From: Antedon mediterranea
Lineage: Eukaryota; Animalia; Echinodermata
Assembly (NCBI RefSeq): GCF_964355755.1
Contig: NC_092671.1
Coordinates: forward strand, 5,890,001 to 5,954,000
Direction of reading: 5' to 3'
DNA length: 64,000 nt
The notes under the pieces were generated by a model that worked only from the letters and a program-made list of their open reading frames with translations, had not been told where the DNA came from and did not search any database. Shown in pieces: positions 23,469-35,100 of the stretch. Every line of letters begins with the position of its first letter. Within the stretch, counting starts at the first letter, position 1. The position numbers were made by a program, and so were the translations under genes.

Positions 23469-26465
23469 TTAGTCTATTGGCTGATAATATTCTGACACGG
23501 TTTGCTGTGTCAAGAATGTCGAGCATGTAGAACCGGTGCTTACATGCGGTACACTTGGAATCTGAACATTATTAGGATTGACAAAAACCGGGCATGGAAA
23601 TATCTGACCGTGGTTGCACGCTTCACATGAATGACCATGTCGGGTACGACGCTGACCTTCTCTGAACGGACCAATTTCTGACGGATACGCCTAAGAGAAA
23701 TAGAAATGTCGGTGCATAACTTTTGTGATCTTCTGGTATATGCTGATCAATATTAATAAGTACCATGTGAATTTATACAGGAATTATAACTAAATAAAAT
23801 AGTAAATTGTTGTGGAGCTGTAGCTTGGTGTTTAACGTGCTTGCCTTCCAATCCCTAGGTCCAGGGTTCAATCCTTACTTAGTGACAGGATTGTAAGTTG
23901 CAACTCTTTTAACTCCACTCCCTAAGCCTCATATGAGACTTGGTACTGTATATAAGCATGATAAATTATGAAATAGTTTTCCATCCTGCGTACGACAAAA
24001 ACAAATCAAAATATAGGTGTAAAATGTATAAATTGGTTTCCAAAAACTGCATTACCAGCAATGCTTACCATTTGACCGCATTGACTGCATCTAGCGCCAA
24101 CATTGTGTCTAGCCTTCCCAGTAAAGACATTGCCACATACACACCGGTATGTCCCGGTACCATATTCATTTTCACGTGGCAGTGCTTCATATCTAACTTG
24201 ACATTTATGGCATCTGTCAATCAACATATTCATAAACAGACACAAAATTAGAATATTAATAATAATAAATTTTTAAACTTGATTACTGAGGTAATGCCAG
24301 AGATTTGTTCAAGTATCAGATGACAATAAATGTTCATCTAGTTTGTAATCTATGAATATAGAAGTTTTTTTTTTAACTGTCATCAAGAAGGTATTTACCA
24401 TCTAATTTCGTATTTTACCATTGATTTGATAAAAATGAAATGTATATATTCATTACCAATGAGGCACTCAATCTATATCCTACCTTGAAACTGTTTTATG
24501 TGAAGGTACCCATCGCCACCACACCTCTTTACATGGGCCGCAAGTAAACTGGCGTCGGCACTCTAGTGTCTTGTTGTGACGTTTAAGATTTTCCATGGTC
24601 AAAGCTTGTATGCCTTCAGGGAGGTCTCTTTTTTTTTGCAAGCCATCCTGATATAATAAACGATTTGGATTAGTGAATAATTTAAATTTTCAAATGTATT
24701 CTGTCTCTTTTTATCTGGAGTTGTTATTGTTATTTTGTCGCTGGTAAATATGTAGAATAATGTTCAGATATGAATAATTCAATATTATACTAATTAAAAT
24801 TCATTGAAAAATATGCAATAATTACCCTTCTCAGACGCCTTTGAATCAAAGCAATGCCTTTCTCAATAAGAGTAAGTGGACCATACACAGAAAAACGAAG
24901 CGTACCATTACGCTCAATGCTAAATTCTATATTTAAATCATTTCCAATATTTTCTTTAATAGCCCTGCAGATTGTGTGAATCTACAAAAAAAATTATGAT
25001 TTTAATAACTTGTTATCCAACCTACACCCATTTGTGGCATACTTCATAAACTGGCTCTTTGAATTATGTCGGCATTAACCTGGTGGATAACAAATCTGAA
25101 AAGGACTACCAGTATACGTCTTTTAAAATGTTTGCTGTTAACACAATATATTTTTTTATGCATAGAGTTTATCACTCCCAGCAGACTATACCTTGTGGTG
25201 TTCAATTAAATGACATTTTGCTGCATGTAGTAATGAATAGTGTGTGCATACATCTTTACATTTTTAGAAATTCATTTTTTAAATATTTATTTACCTGGCC
25301 TCTTTTTTTTTCTTGGCTCAGTTCTGAATATTTAAAATCTTCATTGCTTATATAAAAGGTCTGAAAAAATAGAACAATGTAAACAGGTTTTTTCAATTTT
25401 GTATTGAAGATGAGCATAGGTAGCTTACTCTGCATTACATAATAGGGGCCTAGATTCTAGTATAGAGTCGCCTTTGCCTTTGTTGGCCGCCTACAGAGAG
25501 GGGTCCTACTAAACACCACTCGCAACCACGTCCTACCACTCGCTACAACGCGCAACCGAAATTCATATTAATTAAAGTACATTTGGCTTATTTATTGTCT
25601 TATTATTAATAAAAACCTATTTTTATACACAAAATGGTGCTTTTATACACAAAACACCTTGTTAAACCGTCGTACTACTATATAAATCTATAGAAACTGC
25701 GTCGTTGTACTTGAATTGTTGAATGCGTCAACAATGGGACTATTGCGTGTCAACTATAGAATAGACCAATGTAAATATTTTGAATGAATGTTATTGATAT
25801 TTTTTCTTTGCAGATTATACTACCGTATTTTAATAATAATATATAATTTAATCTATTCAGATTCGAGAGAAAAAAAATCCTTGTATTTTTGTTCTGTCAG
25901 TAACTGTATTACATCTAAAGAAATAAAATAATGGTTAAATGACATATAAACGTTTAATGAAAAACATTAGAATAATTAATGGCTGGCACTTGACACAAGC
26001 CTTCTATATTCCGAGTTGTTATTTCTTGCGTGAGTACTGTGTACACATGTCATCGAGATATTAAGCCTAAGGCTATTACGTCACTGACACATCATCGTGT
26101 CGTGGACGATGTTGACGCGTTGAATGACGATTGTTTTTCCGTCGTTTTTTGACTAATTTGACGTTTATGTGTAAAAAAAATAAGGTTTTTATTGATAATA
26201 AGACAATAAATAAGCCAAATGTACTTTAATTAATATGAATTTGGGTTGCGAGTGGTTGCGCGTTGTAGCGAGTGGTAGGATGTGGTTGCGAGTGGTGTTT
26301 AGTAGGAGAGGGAGAGTGGGTTTCATAATGTCAGTGGTGTCAGTAAGCCTAGCTAGGCTAGGCCTAGGCCTAACTAACTAATCTAGGCCTAGGTAATATT
26401 AGAATATGCTAGACAGTTGTAGTAGTTGATCTGAGAGAGATTAAACAAACCTTATTTCCCGCCAT
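23469..26465 (-). CDS. SHFL: Shiftless antiviral inhibitor of ribosomal frameshifting homolog (SHFL/RyDEN/C19orf66), ~255 aa
   Basis: Minus-strand exons 26465-26451, 25360-25295, 24981-24826, 24647-24484, 24213-24069 and 23690-23469 splice in frame. The product contains [43 protein letters not shown]...YRCVCGNVFTG...CSQCGQMAYP...HSCEAC...PSVPHVSTGSTCSTFLTQ. This matches recalled human SHFL motifs ([53 protein letters not shown]). Confidence 0.9.
23812..23960 (+). mobile_element. tRNA-derived SINE (family S2) in an SHFL intron
   Basis: GTGGAGCTGTAGCTTGGTGTTTAACGTGCTTGCCTTCCAATCCCTAGGTCCAGGGTTCAATCC ... AACTCCACTCCCTAAGCCTCATATGAGAC. Confidence 0.8.
25505..26306. mobile_element. Long-TIR (foldback/MULE-like) non-autonomous element in SHFL intron 1
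   Basis: >110-bp inverted repeats: CCTACTAAACACCACTCGCAACCAC...ATTCATATTAATTAAAGTACATTTGGCTTATTTATTGTCTTATTA..AATAAAAACCT is mirrored at 26183-26306. TSD not clear. Confidence 0.8.
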
Positions 26466-27512
26466 GAGATTTTTTTTAGTTTTTGAGTGAAAAAATACTG
26501 TAATCTTTATGTGAAAATAATCGAGGCTAGCCTAGGCCTACCGGAAGCTTCTCAAAAATGCAAGTGAAATGAAGAAAACTACCAAAACAAACCATGCAAT
26601 AATGATGAGGGCGCTACAAACCAAAACAAGAACTGGTTTTTAATGATTTAAATGTCTATTATAGCCAAATTCAGTACTGTATAGTATGGTTATTTTGTTG
26701 CAATCTAATAAAGGTTCTATTTATGATTTTGGATACAATATATAGTTTGTGACAATACGTTTTGAATATTTATTTAAGGACAGCATTCAAATTAAATTAC
26801 TTTAAACATTTCTTTTTATTTCATTTTTTTACAAAAAATATTTAACTACAAAGATTTGCAAAACAAGTTATGGTTATCAATTAATTACAATTAAAGTAGT
26901 TAATTAAACCTTCTTAACAAATAGGCTTTCAAAAGCATTTATTTAAATTGGAAGAGATATATCTTGGTGAGATTATTCCTAAAGCAACCTTTTAAATTTG
27001 GAAGAGATATATCTTGGTAAGGTAGTATTCCTGTAATACCGCCTTGTCATGGAAGCTGCTGTGTCCAAACACAGACAATTGTCTGGTCATAATAATCTAC
27101 AACATTTAAAACACTCAATTCCATGCTGTAATAATTGACATTAAAAACATCTTTGATTCAATTCAATCATTAAGAAAATTATTGATGACAACATTTAAAT
27201 ACATTTTGGTTTAAATCGGCAGAACAATTTGAAAATGTGATAAAGTTATTAATCAGATTCTTTGGATAGGAGGATAAGCTGTTGGTTTTATCATGTGGTA
27301 ATATTCTATCACTGTCTTATTACCATACGGATGACATACGCCATAAAACACTATAGGATCAGAGTCAAAAGTTCCAAAATGTATACAGTATAACATATAA
27401 AATAAAAGTAAATGTACAACAATATTTAATTACATGAATAACTTTAGCTACCTTTTATAGCATTGATATTATTAGTACCAGATAAACTATTAAAAGTAAA
27501 AAAAAATGTTTG

Positions 27513-30500
27513 CTAAATGTGAACCGCAGCAAGTTGTCTGCTATACGAGTCATCAGTGTTTTGCCAATGACTATCAACTTTGGCTCCGACCTTTGTAAAC
27601 CTATTCAATTTAAAAAGTTCTTTTTCATCGTTGCTATCTCTTCTTTTCCTTGCTTCTGACGCCTTTGTGTGTCTTATTTTTGGAGCAGAATGCGACGTTG
27701 TCTTTTGGTTTTGTTGGTCTTTGCAAATTATTTCTCTGTATTCCGTTGTGATCTTATTTTTATTCTGTGAAGAGTCTTTGTTTTTTTGTTGTTCTTGCAT
27801 TCTTTGTTGATGCAGTGCTTCTTCCTGTCGCTGTTTCAACCACTCGTCTTGGTAACTCATACTCATAAGTTTTGAGAAGGTAACATTTTGTTCCTTTGGT
27901 GGGCTCGACCTGATAACAAAGTAACAACAAAGTAAGTCTAAAGCCTCACTAATCTTATGGTTATATTATTAAAAACATTGTTAGTACTAAAACTAATACT
28001 TAAGACAGACATTGGTCATTCATTGTTAGTACATCGGTCTATTTCTCTAGTACTTCCATATTAAAACCACAAACTAAGACAATTGTTAAATTAAAAAATG
28101 TTATTATGCACCATGATTTTTTTCTGAATTTTTCGTTAGAGAAAATGGGTGAGCTTTAGGTTTCAATTCATTTCCTTAATAATCATGCTAACATTAATGC
28201 TAACTGCTGTAGAAACATTGGTGGATTTAAGGGCAATGACATTTATTTTAAGGCCAAATTTATATTTGTTATTATTTAAAAAGTATCCAGCAATTTAGTA
28301 ACCTAATATATAGTTAGTCAAACAACATACCCAGTTTTGTTTTTGTCGTTCTTTCTCTGCCCCTTTTCTGTTGGTCTCACAAATCCAGCATGTTTATCCT
28401 TACGAACTTTAAACACAACACCCTTTTTGTACTGCCTATCAACTTCGGGCAACTTAATCGTTTTATCTGTTACGGTATTTCCATCTCGTTGGAAAGCAGA
28501 TAAATTGTCGTTCAATGAGTATGGAGGTCTTTTAGGCTTCTGTGAATATTCTGGTTGCTCATGTGTTTTAAATTCTTTATAAACCATGTAGTCAGGAAGA
28601 TATGATTGATGAGGCCTACGGAGAAAGAAAATATTAAATATTATATAACACCTAAATAAATTCCTGTCATTTGATTGGACGATTGTGGGTCACATGGCGT
28701 GCAATAGTACGCACTATTCAACGATCGTTAAATAGTACTTTTTGAAACATTTTTGTGTACGAAAAAAAAAACGTCTCGCGGATGAAAAAAAATCTAGTAC
28801 ACAAATTATCCTATGATATGGCTATGTACTGTGAAATACAACAGCGCCACCTGTCGTCTGGTCTCAGTTTCATTTGTAAACACCACCGCGAGATATGCAA
28901 CAGCAGCAGATATTTGTGTACGATTTGGACATTATGTACTAATTTCATTCAAAAAGGCATTTAAATTAGCTTTAGATCGTTTTTAGGATTTTGATTAATT
29001 AATGGGGACATCCCTACAAGACGTGGAATTGTTGGAAAAACCATAATTAGCTTAGATAAGTTCCAATTGTCTGTCGAAGTTTTGCCTTTCAGCCAACCTA
29101 GTACTAGGCTACTAGGTCTAGCCTTAGGCCATGCTAGTATTAGGCTAGGCCTAGCCTAGCTAGGCGTTTTAGCCTTGCTAGGCCTAGGATTGTTTGGTCG
29201 TTTGTTGACATAATTAACACAAAAGTAGGTGTGTTTACGAAATCCATATAAATATAACATTTAATATAACATTATTAAAAACCAAATGTTACTGTTTTTA
29301 ATCAATGTGTGTGAATGAAACGTAGTAAGCTTTGGCTAGGGCTACCTTTTATTTGATTCAAATAACTAGAATTTATTTAGATGTTATATAAAACAAATAA
29401 TGAATGTTTTGTATTCGTGTAATGGTACAAATAATGGCACTTGGTGAATGATGAAAGGTTATATCAACTCGGCTTTGCCTCGTTGATATAACCTTTCATC
29501 ATTCACCTCGTGCCATTATTTGTACCATTACACTCATAAACATTCATTATTTGTATAACATTCTTGGAAATTGAACATTACTAAGAAAGAACATGAGTTA
29601 GTATTTTTTCTTGCCAAGAGTAATTCAGGGATTGAACTCACTACGTACCACAAGCAGCAGTGAATACTACAGTAAAACAGTGTCATTGTTCAAAAAAGAA
29701 CTTGTTTCTGACTGGAAATAAAAAGAGTTTGTGGTCTCAAAGGTATCTTAATTTACATTTTATTGTTTAAAGTGTGATAACTTTAATTTAACTGGGATAC
29801 ATACTATGGAGTAATAATATTACATTAGATAATAATAATTACCCTAAATCTTCAGCACCATCATATTCAACATAATCAAACCACTCGCACCGGGGATATG
29901 CTTTGGCTTCTGAGTTAGGTACTTTGTTTTCTCTATGGCGGAGTAAATCTGATAATGAAATAAAATTGTTCATTAAGTCTTAATAATGTGGTCATTTAGT
30001 CATAGTATCTTTATTTGTCCATTAAAACTGAAAATAACAGAAATTTGCTTTGAAAAACTGGCATATCATCATATAAAAATATAAATAAAACAGTAAAAAT
30101 ACACAGAAAATTGCACAACACAACACTCTATTATGAAACTGCCTGGACTATGTTCCCTTGAAGCCAGAAGAGATAACCTGATGATGAACCGCGGCCGCAA
30201 TTTGCCCCCTTGTGTAAAAATAATCTTTGGAAACGCTCTACCATCCCTAACATTATTGATAGAATAAATGAAGGTTCTAAAACTGAAACTTTCTAGATTA
30301 CAACAACATTAATAATGAACGAATTAATGAATACCTTGGTTTATGACTGAATATGTGTCTTTTGGCATTTTAACGACTTTTATAACTATTTTTAATGATC
30401 TGATTTACTGTGTACTTTTATATATTATATTGTTGTTAGATTCTTTTTAATTTTTACTTTGTTTGTTGTTTGCAGAATTTTTCAGCCGTTGGTTTGTGTT

Positions 30501-31244
30501 TGTACTATTTATGTGTTTTTATGAATAAATACCTACAAATATAGGCCCTATATATAATTATATTTCACAATAATTATTTATTATCTATTTAGTTAAAATA
30601 TTACTGAAAGAAAACAACAATTTTTGGTGTGTTGGATATTTTTATTTTTTTCTGTTTACCTTTTCTTCCTCCCATTTTTGCCAGCCTAATATATTTTGTG
30701 TCTGTTTCTTTAATCCATCCCACTTTTGCCCCGGTCTCATCATCAATATCTTGTGCCAAGCTGCTTAACCCAGGTATTTGCGAGACTGCAGGGTAGTCGA
30801 CGGGCTCAGAATTTCTTCTGTCTGGTGCATGATAAAACCAGTCTAAATATGTTTTAAAAGATTACAAAAATAAGAAAAACATATACATAACTATAGCCTA
30901 CACTAGCTAGCTAGACTAGCTCTACTATTAATAGGGCCTATGCCTATTGTATTGGCTAGGCCTAACCCTTGCCTAGCCTATTTTTTTTAGTAGCTGGCCT
31001 CCTATCACTAGGCCTAGATACTAGGCTAGTAGTAGGCCTAGCTACTACTACCTAGGGCCTAGGCCTAGTAGTAGTAGTAGGCCTAGCTAGCCTAATCTAA
31101 ATAAATAGTATAGACTGTATTAATTGCTAGTTATAACTAGGTAGGCCTAGAAGATAGGCCTAACCTATTAAGTATTATTATAGTTTAGATTAGCATTTAT
31201 AAAAATGATTTATGTTTACCTTGAGTTCCTCCTCCAGCTGACAT
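27513..31244 (-). CDS. C7orf57: Uncharacterized protein C7orf57 homolog, ~331 aa
   Basis: Minus-strand exons 31244-31220, 30842-30660, 29948-29843, 28615-28331 and 27909-27513 are in frame. Motifs [36 protein letters not shown] and FSKLMSMSYQDEW match recalled C7orf57 motifs (DWYYH, [42 protein letters not shown]). Confidence 0.85.
28641..29557. mobile_element. Non-autonomous element with an internal inverted repeat and a long terminal hairpin (Crypton-like organisation)
   Basis: TTATATAACACCTAAATAAAT at 28641 is inverted at 29371-29391. An ~80-bp-arm hairpin follows at 29387-29557, centred on AACTCGGCTTTGCCTCGTT. The superfamily call is tentative. Confidence 0.55.
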
Positions 31245-31491
31245 ATTTAAGTATTTTATTTAGCTCTTTCTTTGAACATGCAACAAATAAAACTGAGTTC
31301 AAAAGTCTGTGTGTGACATGACATGTGTATTTATTATGATTATCAATCGTCATAACAACCAACCACGCCACCACCAATCGACTATATGGCCGGGGGTGGC
31401 GCTGTTATTGTTACGCCCTCTCTCGGTCAGTGACAACAACAAAAAAACTCGAGCGTGTTTTTTGCGCACTTCGTTTTTCGTAATATTTGAG
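31245..31491. promoter_or_regulatory. Putative bidirectional promoter of C7orf57 (-) and MCRS1 (+), including a probable non-coding MCRS1 first exon
   Basis: The C7orf57 ATG is at 31244 on the minus strand. A CpG-containing, locally GC-richer patch lies at 31360-31480 with CCAAT near 31374. A plus-strand donor GAG|GTAGGT at 31491/31492 pairs with an acceptor TAG at 32123 just before the MCRS1 ATG. Confidence 0.6.
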
Positions 31492-32134
31492 GTAGGTAAT
31501 ATAGTATTTAAGTACCTTTAATTATAATATAAATGGTAATTATGATTACTGTACTAATCTAGGTTATTATTAAAACTAGCACTACCATCCTGACTAATAA
31601 ATATGGTCCTACTAGGCCTAGCTAGGCTTAGCCTAGTTAGGCTAGAGAGAGGCCTAGTAGTAGTAGGCCTAGGCCTAGGCCTAAATTAATAACTAGGCTA
31701 GGCCTAGCTATCCTAGGCCTGACTAGACTACCACTCACTAGACTGCAGCTCTAGACTTAGAGTCAAGCTGCTTAGCTAGGCCCGTCTCCTTTTAGGCCTA
31801 GGCTAGAAGTAAGCCTAAGTAGAGTTTTCAATTCATATGCAGCGTTGTGTTAGACTAGTTAGTAGTAGTAGTATAGTAGGCCTCTAAAGTCTAAGAAGGT
31901 TGGTACCGTACCAGGGTCAGGCGTTTCGACCCATTCCATTATTATTTTGATTTGGGAGGTCGGTTTTGCAATAGTGACGCACATTTGATTCAATAATGTT
32001 TGGGTAAATTCTTTTTTAATTAATTATACTCCAGGAGTTCACACTTCTAAGTTTGCCTAATAGTACTACTAGATTGAGCACTACAGTTGATGCAGCCAAA
32101 ATCCTTTCTTTTTATATCTATAGTCTGCACCAGT

Positions 32135-35100
32135 ATGTTATCCATTAGCGATACTAAGGTGCCAGATAGTGATAATAGTGCAGTACAGCAAGATCAAGCC
32201 AAAAAAGAACCAAAAACAGAAATTGAAGTACCACCACCGTCAGCAACTAATAAATCTGAACCAATCAAACCTAACCAAGAATCAACAGCCCCAGCATCTA
32301 GTAAGAATGATTACAGTTTGTCGCATGAAATAGAATAAAACATAAATTATTATATTATAAATATTACTTCTTTAAGGCATGATTGTTATCTGAAACTCTA
32401 TTGTTTTATATTATAGTATCATCACCAGTAATAGCATCTCCAAGAGTTATAACTACTGCGACACCATCGCCAGCCTCGTCAACCGCCAGTATATTCAACA
32501 GTCCAAAGAATTTTCCAGTTTCAGCCTCCTCGCTGCTCACACCTCCCAATACAGTTGACCCTTTACAGGTAAAGCGAAGAAGCTCATCTAGGCCAATCAA
32601 ACGAAAGAAGTTTGATGATGAGCTTGTGGAAAGTAGCTTAGTGAAGAGTACAAAAGCAAAGTTACCAACATTACAACAGCCTGAGGTAGTGCCTAGTAGT
32701 AGTAGTACCACCACAGAACCTGCTCCAGTCGAAAAAAAGAAGGTAGCTTGTTTATTATTTCTTACAATACCGCAAAAGATTGACTTAGTAGTCAAATAGT
32801 TCATTGAAATCTTTGGTTTTTTTATTTACATTTCTATTCTTTGCTGTTTCAGATTTCGAGAGCAACCACTGTAAAAAGAACAAAGAAACCCAAGGCAGTG
32901 ATACCAACGTTGAAGGATGTTGGTCGCTGGAAACCTCAAGATGATCTAGCCTTGATAACAGGGGTTCAGCAGGTATTTTATAAAAGATAATGTACATAAA
33001 ATAATATTATTTACTTTACTCAACAATATTTCAGATGTATATATTTGTACTTTAAATGAATTAATTATTTTACAGACAAATGATCTGAAAGCAGTGTATA
33101 CAGGTGTCAAATTCTCCTGTCATTTTACACCAAAAGAAGTTGAAGAAAGATGGTATGCCTTGTTATATGATCCTGCCGTATCTAAGTATGTTTATCACCT
33201 CATTTTTTCTTAAACACTCGTTTGGTTATTATTTTATATTGATTATGCATAGGCCTTCTTCTAAAATTATTATTATTTATTACCTAATTGAATACAACAT
33301 TCTTGCCAAAGGCTAGGCCACAGAATTCAACATGCTTCCAATCCCAACCTCCTACTCATTAAGCCTCAAATGAGACTTTGTTTTTAGGCACAATACAATG
33401 TATTAAGTGAGTGAGTGAGTTACTTTCTGTTGAATGTGTATGAAATAATATTATTTAAAAAACAGAGTATGGATGACTTCAAAATATAGTTAATCCAAAG
33501 ATTAATTGCAAACATTGTGATTTTTTATTATATATTATTATATTATTTTACATTTAAATGTATTTGTTGATAATTTCTTCAGAGTTGCACAACAAGCAAT
33601 GGCCGCCTTGCATCCAGATATAAAAGTTGCTGTTCTGAGTAAAGCACTCTACAGTGTTGCGGAGGAGAAGCTTCTTGGAACCATTACATCTGTAAGTTTC
33701 TGAGTTTTCAACATCCATAATTGTCATCTACTATTACATTCATTTTGTTTCCTTCATTCTCCCTTCATTTCTGCAATAATCAAATAGAGAACTTTCAATT
33801 TGCTTTGACCTACATATTGATGATGTATAGATTGGTCTACATACAAACATCAATGAAGGAATACTTTTGAAGTTGATTAACTTTTTTTAGCAAATTCTTT
33901 AGTAGGAGTATCGATTATGGTCTGTGAGTATTTCCGGTACGTAGCCGAGATCGCGTTGAACAAAAGAGTACAACATCTCTCTGAACTCTGAAGATTAGGC
34001 AAAGTATTGCCAGAAGTAGACATAAACCGACAAATGAAGAAGTCAAATACACTTCTGGTTTCAAATAGTACAGATTGTTTGTAATGTATTTTAGAACACC
34101 ACCTGTAATTGACGTAAACTATTATTTCCATCGCTAACTTATGTTGAGGTGATGAGCCTGTATTTTTTACTTTACTATACTTTTTATTGGCGCATGATTA
34201 ATTAACTTGACCTAACTTGTTTCTAGGTAATCGGTCATCACAAATTGAAATCTCACTATTGACACATGTTTGTACACGGTATATTTCACTGTCTTATTTT
34301 TAGATGAGCCAGCCTACAGTTGATATATTCCAGAACTTATTGAATGATAATCCAACTGTATTCCATCCAACAAGAACAGCTAAAATACTTCAAACTCATT
34401 GGCTACTGATGAAACAATATCACCTTCTTCCTGACCAATCAGGTACTGGCATAGATATTTTTTTCTTTTACTTTATTATTTTATTAAAAATTATATAATA
34501 AAGTAAATCAAAGATGCTGTTTATTAAAAATTAGTTGTTTCCATTAAGACTGGAATAATCTATTAACAACTATTGAATAATTCATTAATTTTAATATTGT
34601 ATATGTATTATAATAGATTAATCTAAATTAAAAACTATTGAATAATTCATTAATTTTAATATTGTATATGTATTATAATAGGGCGATGAATGTACTACCT
34701 CCAAATTAACTCTATTGTTAATTTATGCAAATAGGTAACTCTGGCACCTTGAAATATTTGGTGACACCCTATTTTATTTATTTCTATGTATTTTTTTTCA
34801 GTTCAACCAATGCCTAAAGGAGACCATGTCTTAAATTTCTCTGATGCTGAGGATATGCTGACGGATGCAAATTTAAAGTAAATATGATACATTTTTTTAT
34901 ATACACTCTGTTAATTGTACTAAAATGTCCCAGTTTGCAAAGAAATTGTGCCCAAAGGCTTTGTATTGGTGTTCCTGTTCCTGTGTCTCCTATCCAGTTG
35001 ATCAGGAAATCATTTTTTTTTATTTCATCTTTCATCCATTATTTATTTATTTTTTTTAAACCATATTTAATGAGGGTGATCCATCCAGCTATTGCTGATC

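Noticed and set aside
29387-29557. pre-miRNA hairpin
   Set aside because: It is much longer and more perfectly paired than typical animal pre-miRNAs and forms the end of a repeat-like element.
32406-32804. 132-aa antisense ORF
   Set aside because: It is the shadow of an MCRS1 coding exon on the opposite strand.
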